DNA of 64,000 nucleotides from the human T2T-CHM13v2.0 reference genome, Homo sapiens: NCBI RefSeq assembly GCF_009914755.1, contig NC_060934.1; one strand, 5' to 3'. The position numbers and the translations under genes were made by a program. Numbering within the stretch: the first letter of the stretch is position 1; each line of letters begins with the position of its first letter. Positions 29,024 to 43,340 of the stretch are shown piece by piece. The notes under the pieces are model-generated. The model did no database searches. It had not been told where the DNA came from and was given only the letters and a program-made list of their open reading frames with translations.

Positions 29024-31400
29024 CAGGCGTACCCTGGATATATTGTGGGTTTGGTTCCAGACCACCACAACAAAGTGAATATCACAGCAAAGTGAGTTAC
29101 ACAAATTTTTTTGGCTTCCCAATATGGATAAAAGTTATGTTTACACTTTACCATAGTCTGTTAAGTGTGCAACAACAGTTATGTCTAACAAGACAAATGT
29201 ACAGACCTTAATTAAAAAATACTTTATTGCTAAAAATGTTAACAATCATCTGAGCCTTCAGGGAATTGTGGTCTTTTTGCTGGTGGAGGGTCTTGCCTTG
29301 ATGTTGATGGCTGCTGACTGATTAGGGTGGTGGCTGCTGGAGGTTGGGATGTCTGTGGCAGTTCCTTAAAATAAGGACAGCAATAAAGTTTGCCACATCG
29401 ATTGGCTTTTCCTTTCATGAAAGATTTCTCTGTCATTTGTCATGCTGTTTGGTAGCATTTTACCCATAGTGGAACCTCTTTTCAAAATTGGAGTCACTCG
29501 TCTCCAACCCTACTGCTGCTTTATCAACTAAATTTATGGAATATTCTGAAACCTGTGTTGTCATTTCAGCAATGTTCACAACATCTTCATCAGGGTTAGG
29601 TTCCATCTCAAGAAACTACTTTCTTTGCTTATCCATAAGAAGCAGCTCCTCATTCATTAAAGTTTTATCCTGAGATTATAGCAATTCAGTTATATCTTCA
29701 TGCTCGACTTCTAATTCTAGGGCTCCTCCCATTTCCACCACATCTGGAGTTAATTTGCCCGGATCCATCAGAGGAATCACTATATTAGCTTTAGATTTAG
29801 GAAATGTATTCTTTAATAAGACCTGAAAGTTGAAATTACTTACTTTTTTTTTTTTTTTTTTTTTTTTGAGACAGGGTCGTGCTCTGTCACCTGGGCTGGA
29901 GTGCAGTGGCACAAACAGGGCTGACTGCAGCCTTGAACTCTTCGGCTCAAGTGATCCTCCTGCCTCGGCCTCCCAAAGTGCTGGGATTACAGGTGTGAGC
30001 CACTGCGCCCAGCTGAAATTACTTCTTGATCAGTGGGCTGCAGAAGGGATGTCATGTTAGCCACATGAAAATAACACTAATCTCCCTGTACATCTCCATT
30101 AGAGCTCTGGGGTAACCAGGTGGATTGCCAGTGAGCAGTAATATTTTGAAAGGAATCTATTTTTCTGAGCAGAAAGTCTCAACAGTGAGATTAAAATATT
30201 CTGTAAACCATTCTGTTAACAGACATGCTGTCATGTAGGCTTTGTTGCTCCATCTACACAACACGGGCAGAGTAGATTTAGCATAATTCTTAAGGGCGCT
30301 AGGATTTTCAGAATGGTAAATGAGCATTGGCTTCAAATTAATGTTACCAGCTGCATTAAGAGTCAGCCTGTCCTTTGATGATTTGAACCCAGGCATCATC
30401 ACCTCTCTAGCTATGAAAGTCCTAGATGGCATTTCTTCCAATATGAGACTATTTTGTCTTCATTGAAAATCTGTTGTTTAGTGTAGCCACCTTAATCAGT
30501 TATCTTAGCTAAATCTTCTGGATAACTTGCTGTTTCCTCCTGTACTTTTATGGAGACAGCTTTTTTCCTCATGAATAACCTCATGAATCTACCTCTGCAA
30601 TCTTCAGACTTTTCTTCTGCAGCTTCCTCACGTCTCTCAGCCTTCATAGAACCGAAGAGAGTTAGGTCCTTGTTCTGGATTAGGTTTTGGCTTAAGGGAA
30701 TATTGTGGCTGGTCTGGTGTTCTATTCAGACCACTAAAATATTTTCCAAAGCAGCAATAAGGCTGTTTTGCTTTCTTATTCATGTGTTCACTGAAAGAAC
30801 GCTTTTAATTTCCTTCAAGAACTTTACCTTTACATTCGCAGCTGGGATAGCTGTTTGGCTTAAGAGGCCCAGCTTTCCGCCTGTCTTGGCTTTCGACATG
30901 CCTTCCTCACTAAGCTTAATCATTTTTAGTTTTTGACTTAAAGTGAGAGAGATGTGACTCTTCGTTCACTTGAACGCTTTGAGGCAATTGTAGGGCTATT
31001 AATGCGCCGGATTTCATTATTGTTGTGTCTCAAGGAGGCTCGAGCAGAGGGAGATAGATGGGAGAATGAGCAGTTGGTGGGGCAGTCAGAACACACACAA
31101 CATTTATTGATTAAGTTCACTATCTTACATAGGTGTGGTTTGTGGTACCCCAAAATAATTAGTAACAGCAAAGATCACTGATCACAGATCACCATAACTC
31201 AATAACAATAATGGAAAAGTCTGAAATATTGTGATACTTAACAAAATGTTATCCAGAGACATGAACTGGGCATACGCTGTCAGAAAAGGGGCAGTAGACT
31301 TGCTTGACTCAGGGTTGCCACATCAGATTTTTTTTTTTTTTAAAGAAGCAATACTTGCGGAGCACAATAAAGCAACTTGTAAAACAATGAGTTATGCCTG
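29024..31400 (-). mobile_element. Tigger1 DNA transposon, near full length, dead transposase
   Basis: TIRs CAGGCGTACC... / ...GAGTTATGCCTG, each flanked by TA; minus-strand transposase remnant [38 protein letters not shown]. Confidence 0.92.
29844..30013 (-). mobile_element. Monomer-length Alu inserted in Tigger1
   Basis: TSD tgaaattactt (29831-29841 / 30014-30024). Confidence 0.88.
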
Positions 31401-33249
31401 TATATTAAAGCAGTATCCCTCAATTCTTAGTTATTGAGGGTTTTTTATATGAATGAATGTTGAATTTTGTCAAGTGCTTTTTCAGTATCTCTAGAGGTGA
31501 TGATATTCTTCTTAGTTCTTCTGATATCATTTATTATATTAATGTATTTCCTAGTATTGAACCATCATTGCCTTTCTGTAATGATACATTAAAAAATATG
31601 CTATTTTTATTCTGTTTGCCAAAGTTTATTTAAGATTTTGGCATGGATGTTAATAAACTTGCTTGTAGCATAAATTTACATGTTTATTGGTATATGTATG
31701 TGTTGAGTCCAAGGCAGTTGCTCAGTTTCATGTTTATTCCCTGGAGCCCCTTTCCTAAGCCTGGTCTGCTCTTGCTGTAATGGTGACTGGACTTTTTTAC
31801 AGGTCTGCTATAAAGCTCTTGGTTTGGGAATTCCCGTTCCCTGCCTTCTTCTGTGTTGAGTCCTGTTTCCTGGACAAGGCAAGATTGCAGGTTTTTCTTT
31901 CTCCTGATTTATTTATTCATATTAGTAGCTTCCTGAGAAAAGGTGCATAAATTTTTTTAATATCTACATGACTGAAATGTCTTTAGTCGGCCTTCACTAG
32001 TTGATCATTTAGAGGGATTAGACATTTAGGTTGAAAATACTTTTTCTAAAGAATTTAGAAGGCTTTCATCTATCATTTTCTAGCTTCCATTTTGTTTTAT
32101 GACCGCTCCCCATCACCCCCCCACTACCTGGGAAGCAACTCTCAGTGTTTTGATAGTCTAAGCTGTTGTGCTTTGGCCTTCTTTCTATTCATATGTTGGA
32201 CAGTTAGTTGATGGGCCCTTTCTATTTGCAAATGGCTATTTTTCAGGGCTAGGAACTCTTCTTGAATAATTTTTTCCTTCCATTTTATTATTCAGATATT
32301 ATATCATGTATTTTTCTTGTCTCCTATTGTGCATTCCTTATTTTTTTGTTCTACTTTTTGGGAGATTGCCTCAAATTTATTTTCTAACCCTTTAATGGAA
32401 TTTGTTACTCCTCATATTTTAAATGTTCCTGAATATTCCTACTTATAATATCCTATTTATGGTTTATAGATAAAATTCTATTTCTAACTCTTTCATATTA
32501 ATTACATATATTTTAAAAATGTTTACTGTTTCTGCATTTTCTGTTTTTAATTCCTCCTTCTCCCCCAACCTTTACCCTCTTCTGTTTGCCTGATGTGTCC
32601 TCTTTCTTTATTGAGAAGCTAGTCTCAAATACCTGGTTATCTGTGGCTGTCTGTTCACATTTAAGGGTGAGACACTAGAAAGCTAGTGTGAACAGTTGTC
32701 TTGGACTCAACACATACCTATACCTATTCTGCGTGAGTTGGATTTACTGTTGGGATGTCAGGTGGCCAGATGGCTTTTTCTTTAGATACCTTCACATGTC
32801 AGTGTCTAAAGAGTCTTTCTCTGGGAACATTTAATTTCTCCAGAAAGGTATTGTTTGGTTTCTTGCCTGAGCCTGAGATCTGGAATTTGGCTGTGGAAAG
32901 GGAATGCCAACTATTTTTGATTGATTATGTAGCATTTTGCTTAACACTGTGTTCCCCTCACACCCTACTCCAGCTTAAAATCCCTTCAGTTGCTGTGTAT
33001 TGCTGTCATATTGCAATCCAAGCTACTTATTGTAGCTTTAGATTCTGTATGATTTAATCTCAGTATAGCTCTCATCTGCTTTTCATAGTTCTGTTTACCT
33101 CATTCCACTGTCCTTTCTGCTTCAAACATACCGAGTTCTTTCTCAATTAACGGCTTTTGCATGTGCTTCCCCTTTGCATGGCTAGCTCTCTTTCACTATT
33201 TAAGTCTTTCCTCATGTGTAATCTCCTTGACTTTCTAGGATAGGCAGGG

Positions 33250-33570
33250 TTGGTTAGGTGATGCTGTGATATCAAGCAACCTCAAAATCTCAGTGGTTTA
33301 AAACAGTGATTGTTGCTCATAATACATGTCCGTCACAGATGAGCTGGGAGCTCTGCTGTCATTTGTCCTCATTCTAGTATGTAGGCTGACCAGAGCAGCC
33401 ACCAATTGGGGATTGCCATTACCCATAGTATAAAGAAAAAGAAAGCATAGCAAATCATAGTGAACTTTCTTAAATCATCCATTGTGCAAGTGGTATAAAT
33501 CCCGTTTACTCAGATTCCATTTGTCAAATCCACACGTGGCCTCACCTAATTTCAGTGTGGTGGGGAAGTG
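33250..33570. mobile_element. MLT1-type LTR relic
   Basis: gctgtgatatcaagcaacctcaaaatctcagtggtttaaaacag resembles an MLT1 end. Confidence 0.5.
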
Positions 33571-33899
33571 CATTGTCCTAATTAACAGTGCATTTTGATT
33601 GAACTAGAAATTGGAGAATGACTTTCTTGAGAAGAAAAAAGGTAGGACAGTGTATGTGTGTTGGAGAGGTATATGTGAAAGAGATTAATTGACTTAAGTA
33701 GGAAGATAATTACATAAGGGTAGGGTTTGTAAATACAGAGGTAAGACCCAAAAAAGAAAACTAAAATAGTTGACAGTGATTGGCTTAGGGTGGCAGGAAG
33801 AGGGGGTAGGGGGCTTGGGACTATCTGATTTTTGAAAAATCATGTGTATGTAGCATTTTAATTAAAATGACAATAAAATTTAAATAATCCTAGACCTTC

Positions 33900-34620
33900 A
33901 TGTGACCTCTCTTCTGTCTCTTTCCGGCTACTTTTCCATCTACCTCCTTTACTTTTGTCAGTCAGTCTTCTGGAAAGAGTTCTCTATTTCAGTTTCTCCA
34001 CCTGCCACTTACTCCTTAACCCACTCCAGTCCAGTTGGGGTGCTATTATTTCACTAAGACAGCTCTTGCCAAAGTCACCAGTGACCAACATATTGCTAAA
34101 TCTAGTGGATATTTTCAGTTCTTTCTGCTTTTTGACATCCTAGCAATATTCTGTACTTTCTGAAATCTTGCCTTCACTGGACTTCTGTAAGACAGCTCTC
34201 CTAGATTTGCTCCTAGTTCTTAGGGGCCTAGGTCACTTTCTACCATATTCTCTCCTGGGGCAGTCTAATCTACATTTATGGTTTCAGTTACCATGCTTAG
34301 GTGCCTCACAAATCTTCAGCATATATCCCCAGCTCACTAGCTCTATCTCCACATACCTACTTAACATCTCCCTTAGATGTCTAAAAGACACCTGAACTTA
34401 GTCTGTCTGAAACCAAACTCAGCACACAGATACATATACCACTACCTTCTGCAAACTTAGTCTCCATCCCAGATTTCTTATCTCAGTTGAAAACACCCCA
34501 GTGTAACACCCTGGGAAAACCGGAAATCTAAGCATTATCCTTGACACTCACCTCTCCCTTCTTCCTAGTCCAAAATTAAGTTGTGATATTTTTTCCTCAT
34601 TCTACACCCTGTAGCCAGAG
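33900..34620 (+). mobile_element. L2 relic
   Basis: cagctcttgccaaagtcaccagtgacc..gctaaatc and ctccacatacctacttaacatctcc are L2-like motifs. Confidence 0.65.
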
Positions 34621-34714
34621 TTAACTTAAAAAACCCATTATTTTCCAAAGCTCCCATTGGTCTTGCATTCTTTTTGTTGCTTTTCCTTAATTACCACTCT
34701 CCTCTTCCTCATTT

Positions 34715-36260
34715 TAAAACTTACTCCAAAGCTACAGTAATCAAAACAATGTGGTATTGGAATAATATAGATATGTAGTCTAGTAATAATATAGATTTAT
34801 AGTCTAGTGGAATAGAATTTAGAGTTCAGAAATAAACCCATACATCTATGGCTGTTGATTTTTGACAAGGATGCTAAGTCCACTCAATTGGGAAAGAATA
34901 ATCTCATCAACAGTTGGTGCCAAGATAACTTGATTTCCACATGTACAAAATGAAATTGGACCACCTACCTCACATCACATATAAAAATTAACTCCACATG
35001 TGTCAGTAACCTAAATATAAAAGCCAGAACCCTAAAACTTGTAAAACAGTTTAATCTTCCTGACCTTTGGTTTTGCAATGGATTCTTAGGTATGATACCA
35101 AAAGCATGAGCAACAAAAGAAAAAATAGTTAAGTTATATTTTATCAAAATTTGAAAGTTTTATGCATTAAAGGACCTTATTAAGAAAGCGTAAAGACGGT
35201 CTACAGAATGGGAGAATGTTTGCAAAGCTTATATCTGATACTGGATTGGTATCTAGAATATATAAAGAACACCTACAACTCAACAGCAACAAAAAGACAA
35301 CCCAATTAAAAATGGGCAAAGGACTTGAATAGACATTTCTCCAGACATATATACATATCCAATAAATACATGAAAAGGTGTTCACCATCATTAGTCATTA
35401 GAAAAATTCAGGTCAAAACCCCAATGAGGTAATTACTTAGATGGCTATGATTTTTTTTAAAGTAAAAAATTAGGAATAATACGTGTTGGTAAAAATGTGG
35501 AGAAATTGGAACACTTGTACATTGCTGTTGGGATTGTAACATGGTGCAGCTGCTTATGAAAAAGAGTTTACTAATTCTTCAAAAGGTTAAATGTAGAATT
35601 TATTACATGATCTGGCAATTCCACTTCTGGGTATATGCCCCAAGGAATTGAAGGCAGACCCAAGCAGATACTTGTATGCCAGTGTTCACTGCAGTCTCAT
35701 TCACAGCATCTTTCAAAAGATGGAAACTACCCAAGTGTCCATCAACAGTTGAGTGGATAAACAAATTGTGATTTATCCATACGGTGGAATATTCTTCAGC
35801 CATAAGAAGAAATAAAGTACTGGCACGTGCAACAAAATGGATGAACCTAGAAAACACACTAATTGAAATAAGACAGACACAAAAGGACAAATACTGTATG
35901 ATTCCACTCATGAAATATCTAGGCATATTAATAGATACAGAAAGTGGATTTGAGGATGCTAGGGGCTTGGAAGAGCAGAGAATGGGGAAGTATTATTTAA
36001 TGGTCTGTAGTTTGGGGTGATAAAAATGTTTTAGAAATAGGAAATGGTGATGGTTGCAAAACACTGGGAATGTAAAGTAGTTAGTGCTGCCAGATTGTGT
36101 ACTCAAAAATGGGTAAGATGGCAAATTCTATATTAATATATATTTCGCTACAGTTTTAAAAATAAATAATATTATGTTCCAAAAACCACTGAATTGTACA
36201 CTTCAAATGGGTGAATTGTATGTGAATTATACCTCAATAAAGCTTTTCAAAAAATAAACA
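34715..36260 (+). mobile_element. L1MB-like 3' portion
   Basis: ORF2 C-terminal remnant and 3' UTR ending cctcaataaagc + A-rich tail. Confidence 0.82.
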
Positions 36261-39200
36261 GGGTAACAATTTTCTCACCCACCATTTTGTTTTATAAACT
36301 GTTTTGTCAAATTGAAAAGTCCTGAAATATCCTTTTGCTTTACTAGTATAACTAAAAAAGTAATTAAAAGATTTTTTAAAAGGTGAATAGAGAGTTCATA
36401 ATGACCTGTTTTGCTATCAGGAACCTTGATCAATGTGTTACATAGCAGTATTTCCCATTCTTAATCTAATGTACTTTGATCCAAACAAACAAAAAGCTAC
36501 CAGGAGATCCATTCTAAGGGCTCTGTATTGCCAGTTATCCATGTTCTATGCCTGCCACATATGGAAAGCATACAGCAGATTGATTATCTTGGGGGCTCTT
36601 GGGGCAGTATTATTGATCTTTACTTTTCTTAATACCTGGTAGTTAACCATTTATTATTATAGACTAGATTAATTTCTCCTCCTATTTTTAAAGTTTTTTT
36701 TAATGTGGCAAATACACATAACATAGAATTTATTATCTTTATCATTTTTAGGAGTACAGTTTAGTGTATTTAAATGCATTTATAATGTGCAATTCTCACC
36801 ATCATCCATCTCTGTGATTCTTTTTATTTTGTAAAACTTAAACTCTATACCCATTAAACAGTAACTCTTGATGCCCCCTGGCAACCAACAACTAATTTTT
36901 TAACATCTCAGGTTTGGCTGGGGAGAGTGTTGAATCAGTAAGTATTTATTTAGCATCTACTTTATGGTAAAAGTTATTAGGGGCATGAAGAAGGTTTAAA
37001 ATATGGGATGCTTTAAAAAACTGACAATACTGCTGGGCAGACAATACTACATATGCAATAATTGTATAGGAATCAATGATAACATGGAATTTATTATAAT
37101 TATACCTTGTATATATGTAGCTTATACATGCAAGTTATAATGAAAATTGTGGGGCACCAATAAAAGACCAAACACATTAAAAAAAACTAATGCTAGTATT
37201 GATAAGAATTTAATATATAATGCCAGGCATGGTGGTATGTGTACCTGTGGTCCCTCGGGAGGCTGAGGTAGGAGGATTACCTGAGCCCAGGAGAATGGAG
37301 TCCAGCCTGGGCAACATAGTAAGACTCTGTCTCTTAAAAGAAAATTTAACATATGATTAGGAATGTATCACATTTTGTTGGAGAAGAGAAAAATCCTTCA
37401 GTGAATCATACTAGTTCAGTGGTTGCTTCTTCAGGGAAACATTCTGTATTTTCATTTAATGCCACATTCAAAAAGTGATTCCATGGTTTACAGCCTGGCA
37501 TGTAAGGAGCTCATAAGTAACCATGCTGTCCTAACAACAAGTAAAAAGCTGAACAAGCAAAAATAATAATAATAAACAAAACTCTTTTAGATCCATCAGG
37601 GAAGTGAAACCATGGGGTGTACTGCTGCACCAAAAATTGGAGAGACAGATAGGTAGATATAAAGAATCCCAACTTACCGGAACACAAACCCACAAGGAAA
37701 AACCTCTGTGGGGATCAGTGCTGGAGTAGGAAAGGCTGAACTGTAATTGATGAATCGCTAGATGCCCAGTATGGACAACTCTGAGAGTTAGAAACTTCAG
37801 AGGGACCCAGTCACGGGGGAGGGCTGCCACAGTTTTGAGTTTTTACCTCTAGGAGCTTGACCTCACAGTGAATATTGAAGAAAAATCTCCTTGTGCTTCT
37901 TGGAGCGGGAGGGGGAAAGGGATCATTTTGAAATATGCAAGAGCTTTCTGTTCTTAACAAAGCCTACCCTCAGGAGACATGGTATTACCAAAGCCTAACC
38001 TACCTGGGGGAAGGGAAATACCTAACTCCAGCCTACTGTAGCTTTCTACATGGGGAAAGGGAAATATACAGCTTCAACCCCCTCCAGTCATCCTGTCCCA
38101 CATAAGGGGGGAAACTGTACAGCCCTGGTGAAGTTCACAGTCCAGTGGCACAGGCTGTCTAAAGATTGAATCTAATCATAGGACTAAGACGGCCTCCCTT
38201 CCCCACACCTTACACTATGTTATTAAAGTCCTATTTAGCAAGATTCCTTTTACCCAGTACATAACGTTGACCTTTCAGCAAAAAATCACAAGGCCTACTA
38301 AAAAGCAAAAAACAACAGTGTGAAGAAACTGAACAAGCATCAGAACTAGAGTCAGATATGGCAGGAATGTTGGAATAATCAGACCAGGGGTTATTAAAAA
38401 CTATGATTAAAATGCTAAGAGTTTTAATGCCAAAACATGGGCAACAAGAATAAATGGACGATATAAGCATAGAGATGGAAATTCTAAGAAGGAATCAAGA
38501 AGTGCGAGAGATCAAAAACACTAACAGACCGTAAAAAGCCTTTGGTGGGCTTATCAGTAGACTGGACGTGACTAAGGAGAGAATCTCTGAATGTGAGCAT
38601 ATGACAACTAGAAATCTTCAGAACTGAAAAGCAGAGAGAGACAAGTCTGGGGGAAAAACCAATCGACAACAGAATATTCAAGAACTACAGGAAAGCTATG
38701 AAAGATGTAATATATGTATAATGGGAATACCAGAAGGGAAGAAGGAGCGAAAGGGACAGAAGCAATATTTGAGTCAAAAATGCTTGACAATTTCACCAGT
38801 ATCAGACACCAACCAAAGATCAAGGAAGTTCAGAAAACACCAGGCTAAATGGCAAAAATATTATACCTAAGCATACCATATTCAAATGTCAGAAAAGTAA
38901 ACTTGAAAGAATCCAGAGGAATAAACACTTTACCTATAGAGGAGCACAGTTAAGAATTACATCTGACTTTTCTTCAGAAACCATGCAAGCAGGACGAGTT
39001 GGAATGAAATGAAATGTTGAAAGAAAAAACCCCACCAACCTAGGATTCTGTGTCCAGCAAAACTATATCTTTCATAAAAAGTAAAGATACAGACTTTCTC
39101 AGACAAAATTAAGGGAATTTTTTGCCTTGTAATAAATGTTAAAAAAAGTTCTTCAGAAAGAAGGCAAATTATTTCAGTTAGAAACCTGGATGTAGATGAA

Positions 39201-39308
39201 GAAAGGAAGGCCATTCAAGAAGGAATAAGGAAATGTAAAATAAAAATTTTTTCTTCCTACTAACAGATAATTTTTTCGAAACAATAATAGTAACTGTGTA
39301 TTTGATTA

Positions 39309-39346
<38 letters not shown>
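39309..39346. repeat. (TG)n microsatellite
   Basis: Directly visible. Confidence 0.9.
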
Positions 39347-40762
39347 CTTATGGGTAAGTAAAATGAATGACAGTTTATGTGTAAGTAAAATGAATGACAG
39401 TTTGTAAGTGAAATGGCACAAGGGACTAGAGGGAAGAATTCAGAATATTGTGTTACTATAAGGTACTTTCACTGCCCATGAAGCAGTATAATGTTATTCG
39501 AAAGTGGACTTGGGTTAATTGTAATGTATGTTGCAAACTCTAGGGAAACCACTACAAATAGTAAAGCAAGAAGTATAATTGATGTGATAAGAAAGGAGAG
39601 AAAATTGAATTGCATAGAATGCTCAACTAAAACCACAAAAGGTAGAAAAAGTGTGGAAGACAGAAATAAGAATAACAAAGTCAACCAATAGAACATAGTG
39701 ACAAACATGGTAGATATTAATCTAACTGTATTAATAATCACTTGAAATATGGCCTAAACACAGCCATTAAAAGACAGAGATTGTGAGAGTGGGTCAAAAA
39801 AGTCAACCCAACAATATCTTGACTGCCAGAAACCCACTTTAAATATACAGATTGAAGAGATAAAGAATATAGCATGGTAACACTAATGAAAAGAAAATCA
39901 GAATAGCTATATCAGTTTCAGACAAAGGACTTCAGAGGTAGGGAAGTTATAAGGGATAAAGGTGGGCAGTACATAATGATAAAGGAGTCAATATTCTAAG
40001 AAGGCATAACAGTGCTTAATGTGTACGCACCTAACAACCAAGCATCAGAATATATGACACAAAAACTGATAGAACTGCAAGGAGAAATAAATGAATCCAC
40101 TACTATAGTTGGAGATATCAATATGCCTCTAGCAAAAATAGATTGATCTAGCAGGCAGAAAGTTGGTAAGGACGTAGTTGAACTCAAAAACATCAATCAA
40201 CTGGATATAATTGACATCTATAGATTACATTATTCAATAATAGCAGATCACACGTTCTTCTGAAGGTCACACAGAACATTCACCAACATAGACCACATTC
40301 GATGCCATAAAACAGACCTTAATAAACTTAATAGAAATAATATATCTGCTGTCAGACCACAGTGGAATGAAGTTTGAAATTAATAACAGAAAGCTGGGAA
40401 ATCCCCAAATATATTGAGATTAAACACACACTTCTGAATAACAGGGCTCAAAGAATAAATCTTGAGGAACTTTTAAATATTTGCAACTAAATGAGAATAA
40501 AAATAGTTTATCAAAATCACATGATCTTACCAACAGATACAGAAGGAGAATTTGACAAAACCCAACATTCTTTCATAAAAACTCCCAAGAAACTAGGAAT
40601 AAAAGGGAGCTTCCTTGACTTGTTAAAGAATATCTTTACAAACCCTACAGCTAACATCATACTTAATGGTAAGGAACTTGAAGCTTTTCCATTAAGATCA
40701 GGAACAAGGCAAGAATGTCCCCTCACCACACTGCCTTTCAATGTCATATAGGAAGTCCTAGC

Positions 40763-41131
40763 TGTCTTACTCTATTCCTGCTGCTGTAACAAAATACCAC
40801 AGACTGGGTAATTTATAAATAACAGAAGTTTATTTCTCACAGTTCTGCATGCTGGGAAGTCCAAGATCAAAACCATCAGCAGATTCAGTGTCTGGTAAGG
40901 GTTACTCTGCTTCCAAGATGATACTTTATTGCTGTGTCCTCACATGGCAGAAGAGATGGAATGGCCAGGCACGTCTCTGAAGCCTCTTTTATAAGGGCAT
41001 TAATCCCATTCATGAGGGCAGAGCCCCCATGGCCCAATCACCTCCCAAAGTCTTCACCTCGTAATGCCGTCACCTTGGGGTTTAATTTCCCACGTGAATT
41101 TTGGAGAAACGAAAACATTCAAACTGCAGTA
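40763..41131 (-). mobile_element. MaLR solo LTR (MST/MLT1A-like) inserted in L1MC
   Basis: tgtcttactctattcctgctgctgtaacaaaataccacagactgggtaatttataa; perfect 5-bp TSD ctagc (40758-40762 / 41132-41136). Confidence 0.85.
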
Positions 41132-42362
41132 CTAGCTAATGCAATAAGATAATAAACAGAAATAAGAAGCAAATAGATTGGGAAAAAAGAAATAAAACTG
41201 TCTTTGTTGACAGATGACATGATCATTTATATAGCAAATCCAAAAGAATTAACAAAAACACCCTGGAACTACTAAGTGGTTATAGCCAAGTTGCAGGATA
41301 TGAGGGTAATATACAAAAATCTATCACTTTCCTATTTATCAGCAATGAACAAGTGTAATGTGAAATTGAAAGCATATTATCATTTACATTAGTACCCCCG
41401 AAATGAAATGCTTAGGTAGAAATCTAATAAATTGTGGACAAGATGTATATCAGGAAGACTGCAGAGCTCTGATGATAGAGATAAAAGATTAAATAAATGA
41501 TGAGATATTCCATGTTCATGGATAGGAAAACAATATTGTCAAGATGTCCATTCTTCCCACTTTTATGTATAGATTCATGTAGTCTCAATCAGAATCCCAG
41601 CAAGTTATTTCATGGATATCAACAAACTGATTCTAAAGTTTATATGCAGAGACAAAATACCCAAAATAGTCATCATACTATTGAAGGACAAAGTCTGAGG
41701 ACTGATACTACCTGACTTAAAGACTTACTGTAAACTTTAGTGACCAAGACAATGTGGCATTGGTGACAGGACAAATAGATGGATGGAACAGAATAGAGAA
41801 CCCAGAAATACTCACATAAATACAGTCAGTTCAACTTTTACCAAGGAGCAGAGGCAATACATTGGAGCAAAAAATAGCCCTTGAGGAAATGGTGCTGGAA
41901 CAAATGGACATCCACTTTCAGAAAAAAAAAAAAAGAAGAATCATCTAGGCAAAGACCTTACATCCCTCACAAAAATTAACTGAAAATGGATCAGAGACCT
42001 AAATGTAAAATACAAAACTGTAAAACTCTTAGGCAATAGCATAGGAGGAAACCTAGATTACCTTTTGTGTGGTGATAATATTTTAGGTACAACAGCAAAG
42101 GCATGATCCATGAAGGAGAGAATTGATAAGCTGGACTTCGTTAAAATTTAATACTTTTGTTCTGTCAAAGATAATGTCAAGAAAAATTTAATACTTTTGT
42201 TCTGTCAAAGATAATGTCAAGAAATTGTGATGACAGGCTACAGACTGGGAGAAAATATTTGCAAAAGACACATCTGATAAAGGACCATCAAGCAAAACAT
42301 ACAAAGAACGTCTAACATTAAATAATAAGAAAATGAAGAACATGTTCTAGAAATGGACAGAA

Positions 42363-42615
42363 GGGCAAAGGTGGGAGGATCACTTGAGGCCCAGAATTGG
42401 AGACCAACCTGGGTAACATAGCATAATCCTGCCTCTCCAAAACATTAACAAATAAAACATGAGCAGGGCATGGTGGTGCATGCCTGTAGTCCTAGCTACT
42501 CTAGAGTCTAAGGAGGATCGCTTGAGCCCAGGAATTTGAGGTTATAGTTAGCTTTGACTGCACTTCAGACTGGGTGACAGAGTGAGACCCTGTTTCAAAA
42601 ATACTAAAAAAAAAA
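42363..42615 (+). mobile_element. 5'-truncated old Alu
   Basis: Alu motifs plus A tail. Confidence 0.85.
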
Positions 42616-43340
42616 TTTTTTTAAGGGCAAAAGACCTGGCTGGACACCTCACCAAAGAAATACAGATGACACATAAACATATGAAAATACATTCAATATC
42701 ATATATCATTAGGGAATTAAAAATTAAAACATCAATGAGGTATTACCACATACTTATAAGAATGGCTCAGATCCAAAACACTGACAATACCAAATGTTGA
42801 TGAGGATGTGGAACAATAGAAGCGCTCAGTCATTGCTGGTGGAAGTGCAAAATGGTCCGGTCACTTGGGAAGACAGTTTGGCAGGTTGTTATACAACTGA
42901 ACATTTTCTAACCGTACGAACCAGCAGCTACACTCCTTGGTATTTACCCTTATGAATTGAAAACTTATGTGCACATAAAAACATGCACATGGATGTTTAT
43001 AGCAGCTTTGTTTTGATTGCCAAAACTTAGAAGCAACCTTTCCTCGAGTAGGTGAATGGATGAACTGTGTTATATGCAGCCAGTGGAATGTTATTCAGTA
43101 CTAAAAAGTAACAGTCTATCATGCCATAAAAAGCTATGGAGGAAACTTAATGCATATTACTAAGTGAAGGAGGCCAACCTGAAAAGGCCACATACTGTAT
43201 GATTCCAACTGTGTGACATCTTGGAAAAGGCAAAACTGTGGAGACAGTAGTAAAAAGACCAGTGGTTGCCAAGGGTTAGGGAAGGAAGGGATGAATAGGT
43301 GGAGCACAGACAATTTTTAATTCAGTGGAACTATTCTGTA

